A program made the translations under genes and the position numbers. The notes under the pieces were generated by a model, which saw only the letters and a list, made by a program, of their open reading frames with translations, did no database searches and was not told the origin of the DNA. This document shows positions 1-9,584 of a stretch of DNA of 64,000 nt, one piece after another. Every line of letters starts with the position of its first letter. Position 1 is the first letter of the stretch. The DNA is from Candidatus Acidiferrales bacterium (GTDB lineage: Bacteria > Acidobacteriota > Terriglobia > Acidiferrales > UBA7541): NCBI GenBank assembly GCA_035933575.1, contig DASYYR010000071.1:6994-70993 (forward strand), read 5' to 3'.

Positions 1-1838
1 TGGGAACGTCAGGCTGGCCGCCGCTGCTCGATAGTTCGGACGCGGGCCACGCCGAAGCCGCGCGCGAAATGCTGCAAAGCCATAACTGGGTGATCCTGCA
101 CATCGACGGGATCCGTTACTTGGAAAAGCCGCCGCTGCATTACTGGCTCGTCGCGATGAGCTACGCCGTATTCGGCGTCAGCGCGTTTGCCACGCGGCTG
201 CCTCTGGCGCTTGCCGTCGTGGGTCTGGTGCTGATGGTTTATTTTTTCGGGCGAAGATGGTTTGGCGACCGCGCGGGATTTTATGCCGGCCTGGTGATAT
301 GCACTTCGCCGGGCGTGTTTCTGTTCACTCGAATCATGCTTCCGGAGGCGATTTACGCGCTTTTTTTCACGGCGGCGTTTTATTTGTTTTTGCGCGCGTG
401 GCAAGGGACGCTTTCCGCGCGAGCCGGTTATTGGGGCGCGGCGGCGCTGATCGCGCTCTCCGTGCTGACGCGCTCGCTGATCGGCGTTGTGTTCCCCGTG
501 GCAATTCTCTTCTTTTTTCTGCTGGCCACGGGACGCTTAAAGGAATGGTGGAGATTGCCGCTGATTTCGTCGCTCATCGTTTTTTTGGTTGTGGCGCTGC
601 CGTGGCACATTGCCGCGTTATTCAGCGGGCACGGAGTTTTCGGTGGGTTTTTCTGGTTTTACTTCATCAACGAGCAAATTTTCCGCGCGCTTGGCTGGCG
701 CTATCCCGCCGATTACGAAGCTGTGCCGCTGTGGCTGTGGACCGCGGAGCACATTGTGTGGTTTTTCCCGTGGATTGTATTTTTGCCCTCCGCGATTCGC
801 GAAATTCCTCCGCTGAGCGAGTGGCGGAAAAATCTGAACGAACGCGGACAGGCTCTCGTGCTTTTGAGCGTTTGGGCGCTGTTCATTTTGCTTTTCTTTT
901 CCTGGACGAAAAGCCGCATGGAGTATTACAGCTTTAGCGCGTGGCCTGCGATTGCGATTTTGCTTGGCCTGGGATTGGCGCGTGCCGAGGAGCGCGCCGC
1001 AAAGTGGCTGCCCCGCGTGCAAGGCGCGCTCGCAGGGCTCGGCGTAGTCATCGCCGCAATTCTGGGCGCGATGTTGTGGGTTTCGCGCGGCATCTCCTCG
1101 ACCGGGGATATTTCTTCGCTGATGCAAATGCACCCGACGGGCTTTTATCGCGTGGCAATGTCCGACTTCATGGACCTGACTCCGCAAGCGTTCGCGGATT
1201 TGCGGCACCAGGCACTGGCGGCATTGATTGTTGTGCTCGTAGGATTTGTCGCCGCGTGGCTGCTCCGGATTCGCAAACACCAGGTCGCCTCCACCCTTGC
1301 GCTGGCTTGCGTAATGGGCGCGTTTTTTTTCTGCGCGAATTGGGCGCTCGGAGTTTTTACTCCGCGTCTCTCTTCCGAGCCGCTGGCGAAAATCATCATG
1401 AAGTATTACCAGTCGAACGATAAAATCGCTCTTTACGGAGAATATGACGCAGGGAGCAGCATCGGATTTTACACACGGCAACGAATCTGGATATTCAATG
1501 GGCGCTACAACGGTCTCGAGTTCGGATCGTATTATCCGGACGCGCCGCATATTTTTCTGGACGATCACACGTTCTGGCCGTTGTGGAATAGCAAGGAGCG
1601 TGTGTTTCTGGTGATTCCACCGGAAGAAACGCGGCAGGCGCTGGTGCGCATGCCTCCGAAGAACACTTTCCTGCTCGCGCAAATCGGCGGCAAAGCTGTT
1701 TACGTGAATCATCGCATCACGCCGAACGAACTAAGCCTGGCGAATCTGAAAAAATACGCAGAGCAGATGCCGGATGTCTCACCGAATGCCGCGCTATCGG
1801 GTTCGCTGCCTGGTCACGTTTCGCAAAAAAACGACTGA
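1..1838 (+). CDS. GT-C fold membrane glycosyltransferase, ArnT/PMT_2 (GT39/GT83-like) family; 5' end cut by window edge
   Basis: ORF 69..1838 stays open in the same frame back to base 3 (GTSGWPPLLDSSDAGHAEAAREMLQSHNWVILHIDGIRYLEKPPLHYW). This is the conserved first-loop motif of ArnT/PMT_2 enzymes. The rest is a multi-pass hydrophobic protein with a soluble C-terminal domain. Confidence 0.8.
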   Translation, partial: GTSGWPPLLDSSDAGHAEAAREMLQSHNWVILHIDGIRYLEKPPLHYWLVAMSYAVFGVSAFATRLPLALAVVGLVLMVYFFGRRWFGDRAGFYAGLVICTSPGVFLFTRIMLPEAIYALFFTAAFYLFLRAWQGTLSARAGYWGAAALIALSVLTRSLIGVVFPVAILFFFLLATGRLKEWWRLPLISSLIVFLVVALPWHIAALFSGHGVFGGFFWFYFINEQIFRALGWRYPADYEAVPLWLWTAEHIVWFFPWIVFLPSAIREIPPLSEWRKNLNERGQALVLLSVWALFILLFFSWTKSRMEYYSFSAWPAIAILLGLGLARAEERAAKWLPRVQGALAGLGVVIAAILGAMLWVSRGISSTGDISSLMQMHPTGFYRVAMSDFMDLTPQAFADLRHQALAALIVVLVGFVAAWLLRIRKHQVASTLALACVMGAFFFCANWALGVFTPRLSSEPLAKIIMKYYQSNDKIALYGEYDAGSSIGFYTRQRIWIFNGRYNGLEFGSYYPDAPHIFLDDHTFWPLWNSKERVFLVIPPEETRQALVRMPPKNTFLLAQIGGKAVYVNHRITPNELSLANLKKYAEQMPDVSPNAALSGSLPGHVSQKND

Positions 1839-1900
1839 TTCGGCGTTTTACTCTTGGGCGCGAAGATGTGTGTGGCATCATGTGCTAAAGGAGAATCCAT

Positions 1901-2875
1901 TTGCGCGCGGTTATTACAGGCGGAGCGGGATTTCTGGGATCGCATCTGTGCGACAAATTCATCGAGCGCGGATGGGAAGTGGTATGTCTGGACAATTTGA
2001 GCACCGGCGCGGAAGCGAACGTCCAGCATTTGATGGCGAATCCGCGTTTCAGTTTTGTGCGGCACGATGTGACACGCTATATCGACGTGCCCGGGCCATT
2101 GGATGCGGTGATGCACTTTGCGTCGCCGGCGAGTCCCGACGATTACCTGCGGCTGCCGATTCAAACCTTGAAAGTGGGTTCTCTGGGAACGCACAACGCA
2201 CTGGGACTGGCGCTCGCAAAAAAATCGCGATTCCTTTTGGCTTCGACATCAGAATGCTACGGAGATCCGGATGTGAGCCCGCAACCGGAGACGTACTGGG
2301 GACACGTGAATCCCATCGGGCCGCGCGGTGTTTATGACGAGGCGAAACGATTCGCTGAAGCAATGACGATGGCGTACCACCGCGCGCATGGAGTCGACAC
2401 CCGCATTGTGCGAATTTTCAATACATACGGTCCGCGCATGCGACTGAACGACGGGCGAGCGCTGCCGAATTTTCTTTATCAGGCGCTTTCAGGACAGGCG
2501 ATCACGGTTTACGGCGACGGGCATCAGACGCGCAGTTTTTGTTACGTGTCGGATTTGATCGCGGGAATTTTGGCGCTCTTTGATTCGGCGGAGCATTTGC
2601 CGACGAACATAGGAAATCCGCATGAAATTACAATTCTGGAATTCGCGGAACGCATTCGCGCAATCACGGGCGATAAGGCTGAGCTGGTGTTCAAGCCGTT
2701 GCCGCAGGACGACCCGAAAAGACGCTGCCCGGACATACGCAAGGCGCAAACGCTTTTGCATTGGGAACCGAAAGTGAGCCTGGAAGAAGGACTCAAGCTC
2801 ACCCTGGAATATTTTCAGAAGAAAGTTGCCGAGGAGCGCAACGTAACAGGCCAGAACTCCGGCGTGTCAGGCTAG
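1901..2875 (+). CDS. UDP-glucuronate decarboxylase (UDP-xylose synthase-type SDR)
   Basis: TTG start 8 nt after AAGGAG. N-terminal Rossmann motif [12 protein letters not shown] and catalytic YDEAK (YxxxK). Overall similarity in length and motifs to UXS/ArnA-C-terminal decarboxylases. Confidence 0.8.
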   Translation: MRAVITGGAGFLGSHLCDKFIERGWEVVCLDNLSTGAEANVQHLMANPRFSFVRHDVTRYIDVPGPLDAVMHFASPASPDDYLRLPIQTLKVGSLGTHNALGLALAKKSRFLLASTSECYGDPDVSPQPETYWGHVNPIGPRGVYDEAKRFAEAMTMAYHRAHGVDTRIVRIFNTYGPRMRLNDGRALPNFLYQALSGQAITVYGDGHQTRSFCYVSDLIAGILALFDSAEHLPTNIGNPHEITILEFAERIRAITGDKAELVFKPLPQDDPKRRCPDIRKAQTLLHWEPKVSLEEGLKLTLEYFQKKVAEERNVTGQNSGVSG

Positions 2876-4249
2876 AACTCCGGCGGAAGTGGAAACCGCA
2901 AGGTCCGGCCTGCCGACGGAGTGATATTCGAAGCCGAACGATTTCATTTCCTGCGCGGAAAGCAAATTGCGACCGTCCAGCACCAGAGGTCTCGCCATGC
3001 TCTTATGGACGCGCTTCCAGTCAAGCTTGCGGAACTCTTCCCATTCCGTAACGATGAGCAGTGCATCCGCGCCGCGGGCCGCTTCGTATGCATCCGACGT
3101 GCAACTGAGATCTGGGAATTGCTCACCGATTTTTTCCATTGCTTGCGGATCGTAGGCCTTCAGCCGCACACCTTCCGTTTGCAGTTTCTTTATTAATTCG
3201 ATCGACGGGGCAAAGCGAATATCGTCGGTATTGGCTTTGAATGCCAGACCGAGAATACCGATCTGTTTCCCCTTGAGCACCCATAGCGAATGGCGAAGCT
3301 TTTCGACGAAGCCCGCGATTCGCTGATGGTTGATACGCTCGGCTTCGCGGAGCATGGCAAAGTTTATGCCGTTGCGTTCGGCCAGGCGCACAAATGCCTG
3401 GACATCCTTAGGCAGGCAGAAGCCGCCAAACCCGAGGCCGGGGCGCAGAAAGTGCGGCCCGATTCGCGGATCCAGGCCGACGCCGTGCATCACTTCTTCG
3501 ATATTTGCGCCCAGTTTTTCCGCCAGATCGGAAACCATGTTGGCGTACGAAATCTTCAGCGCGAGGAAGGAATTCGAAGCGTGCTTGATCAACTCCGCGC
3601 TATTGATTGTGGTGACCACCCAAGCGGGAGTTTTCATCGGCGGGCACGCGCCGTCATGCACCGGGCATTTGAACTTTTGTTCGAGCACCGGGCGGTAAAT
3701 TTCGTGAAGCTGCTTTTCGGCGATTTCGTCGTCGACACCAATCACGATGCGATCCGGGTGAAGAAAATCTCCGACGGCTGTGCCTTCACGCAAAAATTCC
3801 GGATTGGAAGCGACGCGGAAACGTACGCCGCCACGGCGTCCATAAATCCCGAGGACGCGCTTCAACTGCTGGCCCGTCTGCGCGGGGACGGTGCTCTTCT
3901 CGACGACGAGCTTGTCGGATTTGGCCTCGGTGGCAATCATCTGCGCGACGTGATCTATGGCGCTGAGATCCGCGTCGCCAGTGGGAAGCGGCGGAGTTCC
4001 CACGCAAATGAAGATCGCGTCGCCTTCCGCGGCAGCGCGAGGGTCGGCGGAAAAGGACAGGCGGCCTTCCTGGCGATTTCTTTCCACCACGCTGTCGAGA
4101 CCGGGCTCGAAAATCGGCAACTTGCCGGCTTCCAGCGTGTCGATTTTGGATTTGTCATTATCAGTGCAAAGAACGTGATGACCGAGTTCTGCAAGGCATG
4201 CGCCGGTGACAAGACCGACGTAACCTGCGCCTATTACGGATATTCGCAC
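2867..4249 (-). CDS. ugd: UDP-glucose 6-dehydrogenase
   Basis: [27 protein letters not shown]-binding N-terminus and [10 protein letters not shown] catalytic Cys motif, 460 aa. Convergent 9-nt overlap with the decarboxylase gene. Confidence 0.9.
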   Translation of the reverse strand: MRISVIGAGYVGLVTGACLAELGHHVLCTDNDKSKIDTLEAGKLPIFEPGLDSVVERNRQEGRLSFSADPRAAAEGDAIFICVGTPPLPTGDADLSAIDHVAQMIATEAKSDKLVVEKSTVPAQTGQQLKRVLGIYGRRGGVRFRVASNPEFLREGTAVGDFLHPDRIVIGVDDEIAEKQLHEIYRPVLEQKFKCPVHDGACPPMKTPAWVVTTINSAELIKHASNSFLALKISYANMVSDLAEKLGANIEEVMHGVGLDPRIGPHFLRPGLGFGGFCLPKDVQAFVRLAERNGINFAMLREAERINHQRIAGFVEKLRHSLWVLKGKQIGILGLAFKANTDDIRFAPSIELIKKLQTEGVRLKAYDPQAMEKIGEQFPDLSCTSDAYEAARGADALLIVTEWEEFRKLDWKRVHKSMARPLVLDGRNLLSAQEMKSFGFEYHSVGRPDLAVSTSAGVLA

Positions 4250-4389
4250 GGACTTCTCCCTGTGTGAGCCTTTATGAGATGGTACATGAGCCTTTCATTT
4301 GTGCCCAAGCATTTTCGTACAACTAGCTGGCCGCGCCAATACCCGAATTGCAGTATGCAACGGTTTGCACTCCGAGGGCCTCTGTAGCA

Positions 4390-6093
4390 TCACGATTTAG
4401 TGAGAAGGAAACTGCCGATGACGAGCGCGTCGGCGCCAGAACAGAAATAACTGCGCACGGCGTGGCGTGGAGACAGCACAAGCGGCTCGCCGAATAGGTT
4501 GAAGGAAGTGTTAAGCAAGACGGGCGCGGGCGCCTGCGTGCCGAAACCTTTCAACAAGTTCCAGAAAGAGGGATTGGCTTCTCGCGCCACGACATGGAGG
4601 CGTACCAGATCGCCGGGCAGCGTGTGCATGGCAAGCAAGTTTCGGTGCTCGGGGCGAAGGCGGCCCATCGTCGCCATGAAATGCGCCGGCGGCGTGGAAT
4701 CGAAATACTTGCCCGCATCTTCTTCGGGAACAGAGAGCGCGAATGGGCGAAAAGGCTCGCGGTGTTTCAGGTAGTCGTTGAGATTTTCCTTCACGTAGGG
4801 CGCCCAGGGCGAAGCGAGCATGCTGCGATTGCCCAGAGCACGCGGGCCGAATTCGGCTGCGCCCTGAAACCAGCCAACAATTTTTCCCGAAAGAAGCAGC
4901 TTCACTGTTTCGCTGATTCTTTGAGCGTCGGAATCCAACCAGCGATACGCTGCCTTGCAGTTGTCCAGGACTTTCTTGACGTCTTCATTCGAATAGCTCG
5001 GACCTAGATATAAATGCGCGAGAGGGGCGGTTCTCGCGTGCTTCGTTTTTTGCCCGCGAGCGAGCGACGCGGCGCCAAGAGCTGTTCCTTCATTCCCCGC
5101 CGCAGGTTGCACAAAGATTTTATCGAAGCCGGATTTCTGCTCCAGCGCGGAGACGAGAAGCGGATTGAGAAAAAGACCGCCCGCCACGCAAAGATGCTGT
5201 ATGCCGTGACGTGCCCGAAGAGATTCCGCCAAGTCCGTGATGACGATTTCGCACGCTCTTTGCAGGCTTGCCGCCAATGCGGCGCGCTTGGCGTCGCCGA
5301 CTTCGGCATTTGGCTGGAACGATACGCCAATTTTGTCGTAGAACTTTTTGGAGAATGCCAAACGGCCGGAGAATCCCGTGGTGAAAAAACTCGAATCCAG
5401 TCTGAGGGACAGGCCAGGTTTGCGACGAAACATTTCAAGAAATATGTCGAGGAAGTCGGGCTCCGCCGTGAGGCTGAGCCATTGTGTCTTATGCTCATGC
5501 TCGTGGGGGCGATAGCCGATCAACTCGGTGACTTGCGAATAGACCCACGCGACGGAATTGGGGAAGGACGCGGTCTGGTCGACGCGGATTTGTTCGCCTT
5601 CGCCGATGGCAAGCATTCCGGTGCGCCCATCGCCGTGCTCGTCACAAGTGAGAACCAACGCGCGATCGAACGGCGAGGCGAAAAACGCGCTGGCCGCGTG
5701 GCAAAGATGATGATCGAAATGGAGGAGCGGGACGCGGGCGTCTCCGGAAAGCAAGCGGAGGATTCGCTGATTGTTCAGGTCGCGGGCAAGTTCGCCCAGT
5801 GCTTTGCTTTCGTAGTAGGCACTGGAAATCGGGGCGACGGGCAGAAATCGTGCATGGAAAACGGAGCCGCGCGCCCAAGAATGCCAAGGCTTGCCGGCGA
5901 CAGCGATGGCGTCGAGGTCACGCCAGGCGATTCCAGCGTGTTCCAAGCAAAAGCGAATTGCCGCGCGAGGAATTCCGGATGCGATGCGAACGCGCTCGAG
6001 TTTCGATTCTTCGATGGCAGACGAGAAACCGGCGTCGCCAAGAAGGGCGGCAGCCGTGTCGTGCTCCAGCGCGGATAATCCGAGGAAGTACAT
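4390..6093 (-). CDS. Carbamoyltransferase, NodU/CmcH family (copy 1)
   Basis: 567 aa. N-terminal ASKHA-like block (LGLSALEHDTAAALL...EESKLERV) and C-terminal LNTSFN motif typical of NodU/CmcH O-carbamoyltransferases. Confidence 0.85.
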   Translation of the reverse strand: MYFLGLSALEHDTAAALLGDAGFSSAIEESKLERVRIASGIPRAAIRFCLEHAGIAWRDLDAIAVAGKPWHSWARGSVFHARFLPVAPISSAYYESKALGELARDLNNQRILRLLSGDARVPLLHFDHHLCHAASAFFASPFDRALVLTCDEHGDGRTGMLAIGEGEQIRVDQTASFPNSVAWVYSQVTELIGYRPHEHEHKTQWLSLTAEPDFLDIFLEMFRRKPGLSLRLDSSFFTTGFSGRLAFSKKFYDKIGVSFQPNAEVGDAKRAALAASLQRACEIVITDLAESLRARHGIQHLCVAGGLFLNPLLVSALEQKSGFDKIFVQPAAGNEGTALGAASLARGQKTKHARTAPLAHLYLGPSYSNEDVKKVLDNCKAAYRWLDSDAQRISETVKLLLSGKIVGWFQGAAEFGPRALGNRSMLASPWAPYVKENLNDYLKHREPFRPFALSVPEEDAGKYFDSTPPAHFMATMGRLRPEHRNLLAMHTLPGDLVRLHVVAREANPSFWNLLKGFGTQAPAPVLLNTSFNLFGEPLVLSPRHAVRSYFCSGADALVIGSFLLTKS

Positions 6094-6109
6094 TCACAGC
6101 ACAGGGATG

Positions 6110-7321
6110 CTATGGATTGTCGGCGCGTGCAAACGAGCGGCCGTTGGTCAGAATGCCGCGAAGTCCCATCAAAATCAGACGAGGCTGGCTGACGCAAACG
6201 CGCCAGAGAACTTTCAGGGCTTCATCGCGCGAATACTGGCTGAGGGAGCGTTTGGCGGGCGCGTTGAGCGAATCGACGAGCCGGCTGTAATCATCTTGCG
6301 TGAAGTGATGCATCGCGCGGCGAATCAAAAGGTGCATATCCAGTTCGCGCCGCAACTCGCGCAGTTCGCGGCTTGCGCCGCCACCGAGAATCGCTTCGGC
6401 GACTCCGGCTGCTCCGCGCAAACCGGTGACGATGCCTCCCACGGTGCTTACCTTGACCTGATCGGCTGCGTCGCCAACGAGAAAGACTTCCCCGCCGCCG
6501 AGTTTCTTCCGCACAGGAACCCAACGCGTATACACCGGAATACGGGCACCCTGAAAGGCGAGCGGCTCGAGATTACGCTTCACCAGAAATGCTTCGAGAT
6601 GCTTGCGCGCCTCGGAACCTACCTCGCCGATCAAACCGAGCGCACCACGCTCGGCGGATTCAGGTATCAGCCAGTAAAAATAAGGCGTGTCGGCGGGGAC
6701 GAACCAGACGCGGACGGTGTCGGGCGACATGTCTTTGGGAAGCGGCACAATGGCCTGAACGAGCGGGACCGTTTTAGATTTAGGCCATCCCGCAGCCTGG
6801 GCGACGCGACTCGAGGCGCCGTCTCCCGCGACAACTGTTTGCGCGGGAAACTGCTCGGTGCGGTTTTCCGCGGCATGCTCCAAGTCCAGAGTGATTTTGC
6901 CGTTCTCTGCGTTGAGGCCGCGAAAATTTCTGCCGAGCGCAATTTGCACTCCTGCTTCCTGCGCGTGTTTGGCAAGAGAATGAATGAGGGCAGAGCGCTC
7001 GATGATCAAATCGGGCTGGTCGAGTGTGATGGAGGCGGCGCGGCCGTCGGTGAAAAGCTCGAATTTGCGAATTTCGTTGACGATGCTCGGTGAGCCAACT
7101 TCACCCAAAATGTCATTCATACGCTGCGTGACAATCAGAGTGCGCGCAGCGGGATCAATGCTGGGGGATTGTTCGAACACACGAACCGCCACGTTGGCAC
7201 GGGCGAGCAGGTACGCAGTGAAAAGGCCGGCAGCAGAACCGCCGACTACGGCGACGGGGTCGCTGGACGTCTTTGGGACGCGGCGGCTGGTCGACGGCTG
7301 ATCAGGCGATGACAAGGGCAT
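6110..7321 (-). CDS. FAD-dependent oxidoreductase, geranylgeranyl-reductase-like family
   Basis: VAVVGGSAAGLFTAYLLA...VRVFEQ dinucleotide-binding fold. Second FAD motif is FLVGDAADQVKVSTVGGIVTGL. 403 aa. Confidence 0.6.
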   Translation of the reverse strand: MPLSSPDQPSTSRRVPKTSSDPVAVVGGSAAGLFTAYLLARANVAVRVFEQSPSIDPAARTLIVTQRMNDILGEVGSPSIVNEIRKFELFTDGRAASITLDQPDLIIERSALIHSLAKHAQEAGVQIALGRNFRGLNAENGKITLDLEHAAENRTEQFPAQTVVAGDGASSRVAQAAGWPKSKTVPLVQAIVPLPKDMSPDTVRVWFVPADTPYFYWLIPESAERGALGLIGEVGSEARKHLEAFLVKRNLEPLAFQGARIPVYTRWVPVRKKLGGGEVFLVGDAADQVKVSTVGGIVTGLRGAAGVAEAILGGGASRELRELRRELDMHLLIRRAMHHFTQDDYSRLVDSLNAPAKRSLSQYSRDEALKVLWRVCVSQPRLILMGLRGILTNGRSFARADNP

Positions 7322-7489
7322 CCTCTTCGACTGGAGTCTGTTGCGTGGCCCGCTACTCTGCCTCGGATGGAGGCTCTGAAGCGGCTGCTAACATCACTTT
7401 TATCGAATGCGGGCAGCCATACCACCATCACGGGGAAGGCAAGTGAGTATAGCGTATCTGTCTGCTTGCGCAAGATGGGACCGCCTGGG

Positions 7490-8554
7490 CTAGTCAGAAC
7501 CTGTGGGATGCAACTCAAGGACTTTCGGCTGGCGCTCGTAAGGGGAGCGTTCCAGGAACACTATGGCAGCGGCACCCGAGAGAAACAGCACGCCGCAGAG
7601 GGCATAAACCTGCAACGGAGACAGGTATGTCACGAGAAGGGCAAGCACGCCAAAGAGACAACCCACACCGTAAAGGAAGAGGACGGCACCTCTGTGGCCA
7701 AAGCCCAGGTTCGACAGGCGATGTGCGGTGTGGTCCTTGCCCGGGGACGTGAACGGTAACAGACCACGACGCAAACGGGAGATCGTGATTAGCGTGGTGT
7801 CAAAAATCGGCACGCCAAGGAGCAAAACTGGAACAAGCCAGTCAGCCAGAAAATGCCCATCGGTAGGCCGCAGTTTCAACCCGAGAGCCGCCATCAAGAA
7901 TCCAAGAAACATGGCTCCGCCATCACCCATGAAAATTTTCGCCGGAGAGAAATTCCACCGCAAGAAACCCAAGGCCGCGCCCAGAGTTGCAGCCGCAAGC
8001 GTACAGACGAGGATTTGCCCGTTAAGCAGCGCGGCGATGGTGAAAAAAGCCGCAGCCACGGCCGCGATGCCGGCGCAAAGACCATCCATGTGGTCGAGAA
8101 TGCTGAACGCCGCAGTGATTCCAACGACCCAGAAAAGAGTCAGCACGATATCCAGGAGGGTGCCGAACTTTCCCGGGAGAAAATCGGCGAAAACCCGGGC
8201 GTGAATTCCAGAAGCGATTAGGACGCACGCGGCCAAAGGCATGCTGACGAATAGCTTGATCTGATGATGAAGCATGCCGATGTCGTCCAGTATGCCGGTG
8301 ATGGCGAGGAGTGTGGCACCCGCGAGAACTGCCAGAATCTCAGCTCGGGTGTTGTTGTGCATTGTGACGACGACGGCCAGGACAAAACCGGCGTAAATGG
8401 CGGCCCCGCCGAGAAGCGGCATCGGCTTTACGTGGACCTTGCGCGGGTCGGGCCTATCTACCATGCCGATATGCAAGGCGAACCGGCGCACGGGCACTGT
8501 CAAGCCGAGTGACGCGAGAAGGGCGATAACGAAAGCAATCCAAATGGTCGACAT
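7490..8554 (-). CDS. Polyprenyl-phosphate HexNAc-1-phosphate transferase (MraY/WecA family, GT4 Pfam sense)
   Basis: Multi-pass membrane protein with VDRPDPRKVHVKPMPLLGG and ILDDIGML motifs characteristic of WecA/TagO. ATG at 8554 lies 8 nt after GGAG; an in-frame TTG at 8560 is an alternative start. Confidence 0.85.
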   Translation of the reverse strand: MSTIWIAFVIALLASLGLTVPVRRFALHIGMVDRPDPRKVHVKPMPLLGGAAIYAGFVLAVVVTMHNNTRAEILAVLAGATLLAITGILDDIGMLHHQIKLFVSMPLAACVLIASGIHARVFADFLPGKFGTLLDIVLTLFWVVGITAAFSILDHMDGLCAGIAAVAAAFFTIAALLNGQILVCTLAAATLGAALGFLRWNFSPAKIFMGDGGAMFLGFLMAALGLKLRPTDGHFLADWLVPVLLLGVPIFDTTLITISRLRRGLLPFTSPGKDHTAHRLSNLGFGHRGAVLFLYGVGCLFGVLALLVTYLSPLQVYALCGVLFLSGAAAIVFLERSPYERQPKVLELHPTGSD

Positions 8555-8570
8555 GAGCAAACTCCGATAG

Positions 8571-9584
8571 CTAGCGAGCTGTGAGCATTTTTTCGAGGCG
8601 TTCTTTTACTTGTTCTGGTTTTCTGTCGGCAAAATACCAATCCATGGTGCGGCGCAACCCATCGCGGAATTTCACTTTCGGCTCAAAGCCGAGAAGTTGT
8701 TTGGCGAGAGAGTTATCCGCAACGCGGTTTGCCGGACCCGTGGGCATATTACGCAGAAATTTGAAGTCGGCCTTCTTGCCTGCGTATTCAAGCGCAAGCT
8801 GGGCGGCGTCGATGACGCGGACGCGCTCCATGGTGCCGAGATTCACAGCCGTGCCGTCGTTGATTTTTTCCGCAGCAAGAATGGTGCCGTTGACGATATC
8901 GTCCACGTAAGTCCAATTGCGGATTTGCTGACCGTCGCCCCAAATCTCGAACGGATTCTGGCCTACGAATGCGCGGCCAATCATGGCGATCACAGCGTGA
9001 TTTTCGACGCCGCGCGGACCGTAGACAGTGAAGTAACGGCACGATGCTGCGCCGAGTTTATATTCGCGATGGTAGGCCTGAAGCGTCATTTCAGCCATCA
9101 ATTTTGCCCAGCCGTACATATTATCAGCGTCGTGTGGCGCTTTGACGTCGGCTTCCTTGAGATAGATTTCCTTGGTGGTGTCTGTCTGCATGTAATTCGG
9201 GTAGACGCATCCCGAGGACGCATAGCAAACTTTTTCGACCCCGGCTTTCACTGCTTCCCAGAAAACGAGTCCGTCGAGAAAAAGATTGGAAGCCGGGCCC
9301 GCCTGATGCAAATCAACGTAGCCGCGTCCGCCATGATCGGCGGCGAGGTGAAATACGACTTGGATGTCCTTCATGGCGCTGCGCGTTACGCCTGGTTCGC
9401 GTAAATCCGCTTCGATGAAGCTGACCCTTCCGGCTTTGACGTGATTCTGGATGTTTTCCAACCTGCCGCTCGACAGATCGTCCACAACGCGAACTTGCGC
9501 GCCGCGCTCGAGCAATTGGTCGACGAGATTTGAGCCGATGAAAGAGGCACCGCCGGTGACAAGTACCTTCCTATTTTTCCACAT
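8571..9584 (-). CDS. NAD-dependent sugar epimerase/dehydratase (extended SDR)
   Basis: VLVTGGASFIGSNLV Rossmann motif and YGWAK (YxxxK). 337 aa. Confidence 0.8.
   Translation of the reverse strand: MWKNRKVLVTGGASFIGSNLVDQLLERGAQVRVVDDLSSGRLENIQNHVKAGRVSFIEADLREPGVTRSAMKDIQVVFHLAADHGGRGYVDLHQAGPASNLFLDGLVFWEAVKAGVEKVCYASSGCVYPNYMQTDTTKEIYLKEADVKAPHDADNMYGWAKLMAEMTLQAYHREYKLGAASCRYFTVYGPRGVENHAVIAMIGRAFVGQNPFEIWGDGQQIRNWTYVDDIVNGTILAAEKINDGTAVNLGTMERVRVIDAAQLALEYAGKKADFKFLRNMPTGPANRVADNSLAKQLLGFEPKVKFRDGLRRTMDWYFADRKPEQVKERLEKMLTAR

Noticed and set aside
618-1712. A long antisense ORF (364 aa), and many similar ones: 3290-4267(+), 5014-6078(+), 5891-7093(+), 8610-9404(+), 9451-10530(+), 25151-26002(+), 27374-28135(-), 36224-36874(-), 61921-62775(-), 62980-63498(-).
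   Set aside because: Each lies entirely inside, and opposite or out of frame to, a gene with clear family motifs. The translations are Arg/Ala/Gly/Pro-rich low-complexity sequence typical of shadow ORFs in GC-rich DNA. None shows a recognisable motif.
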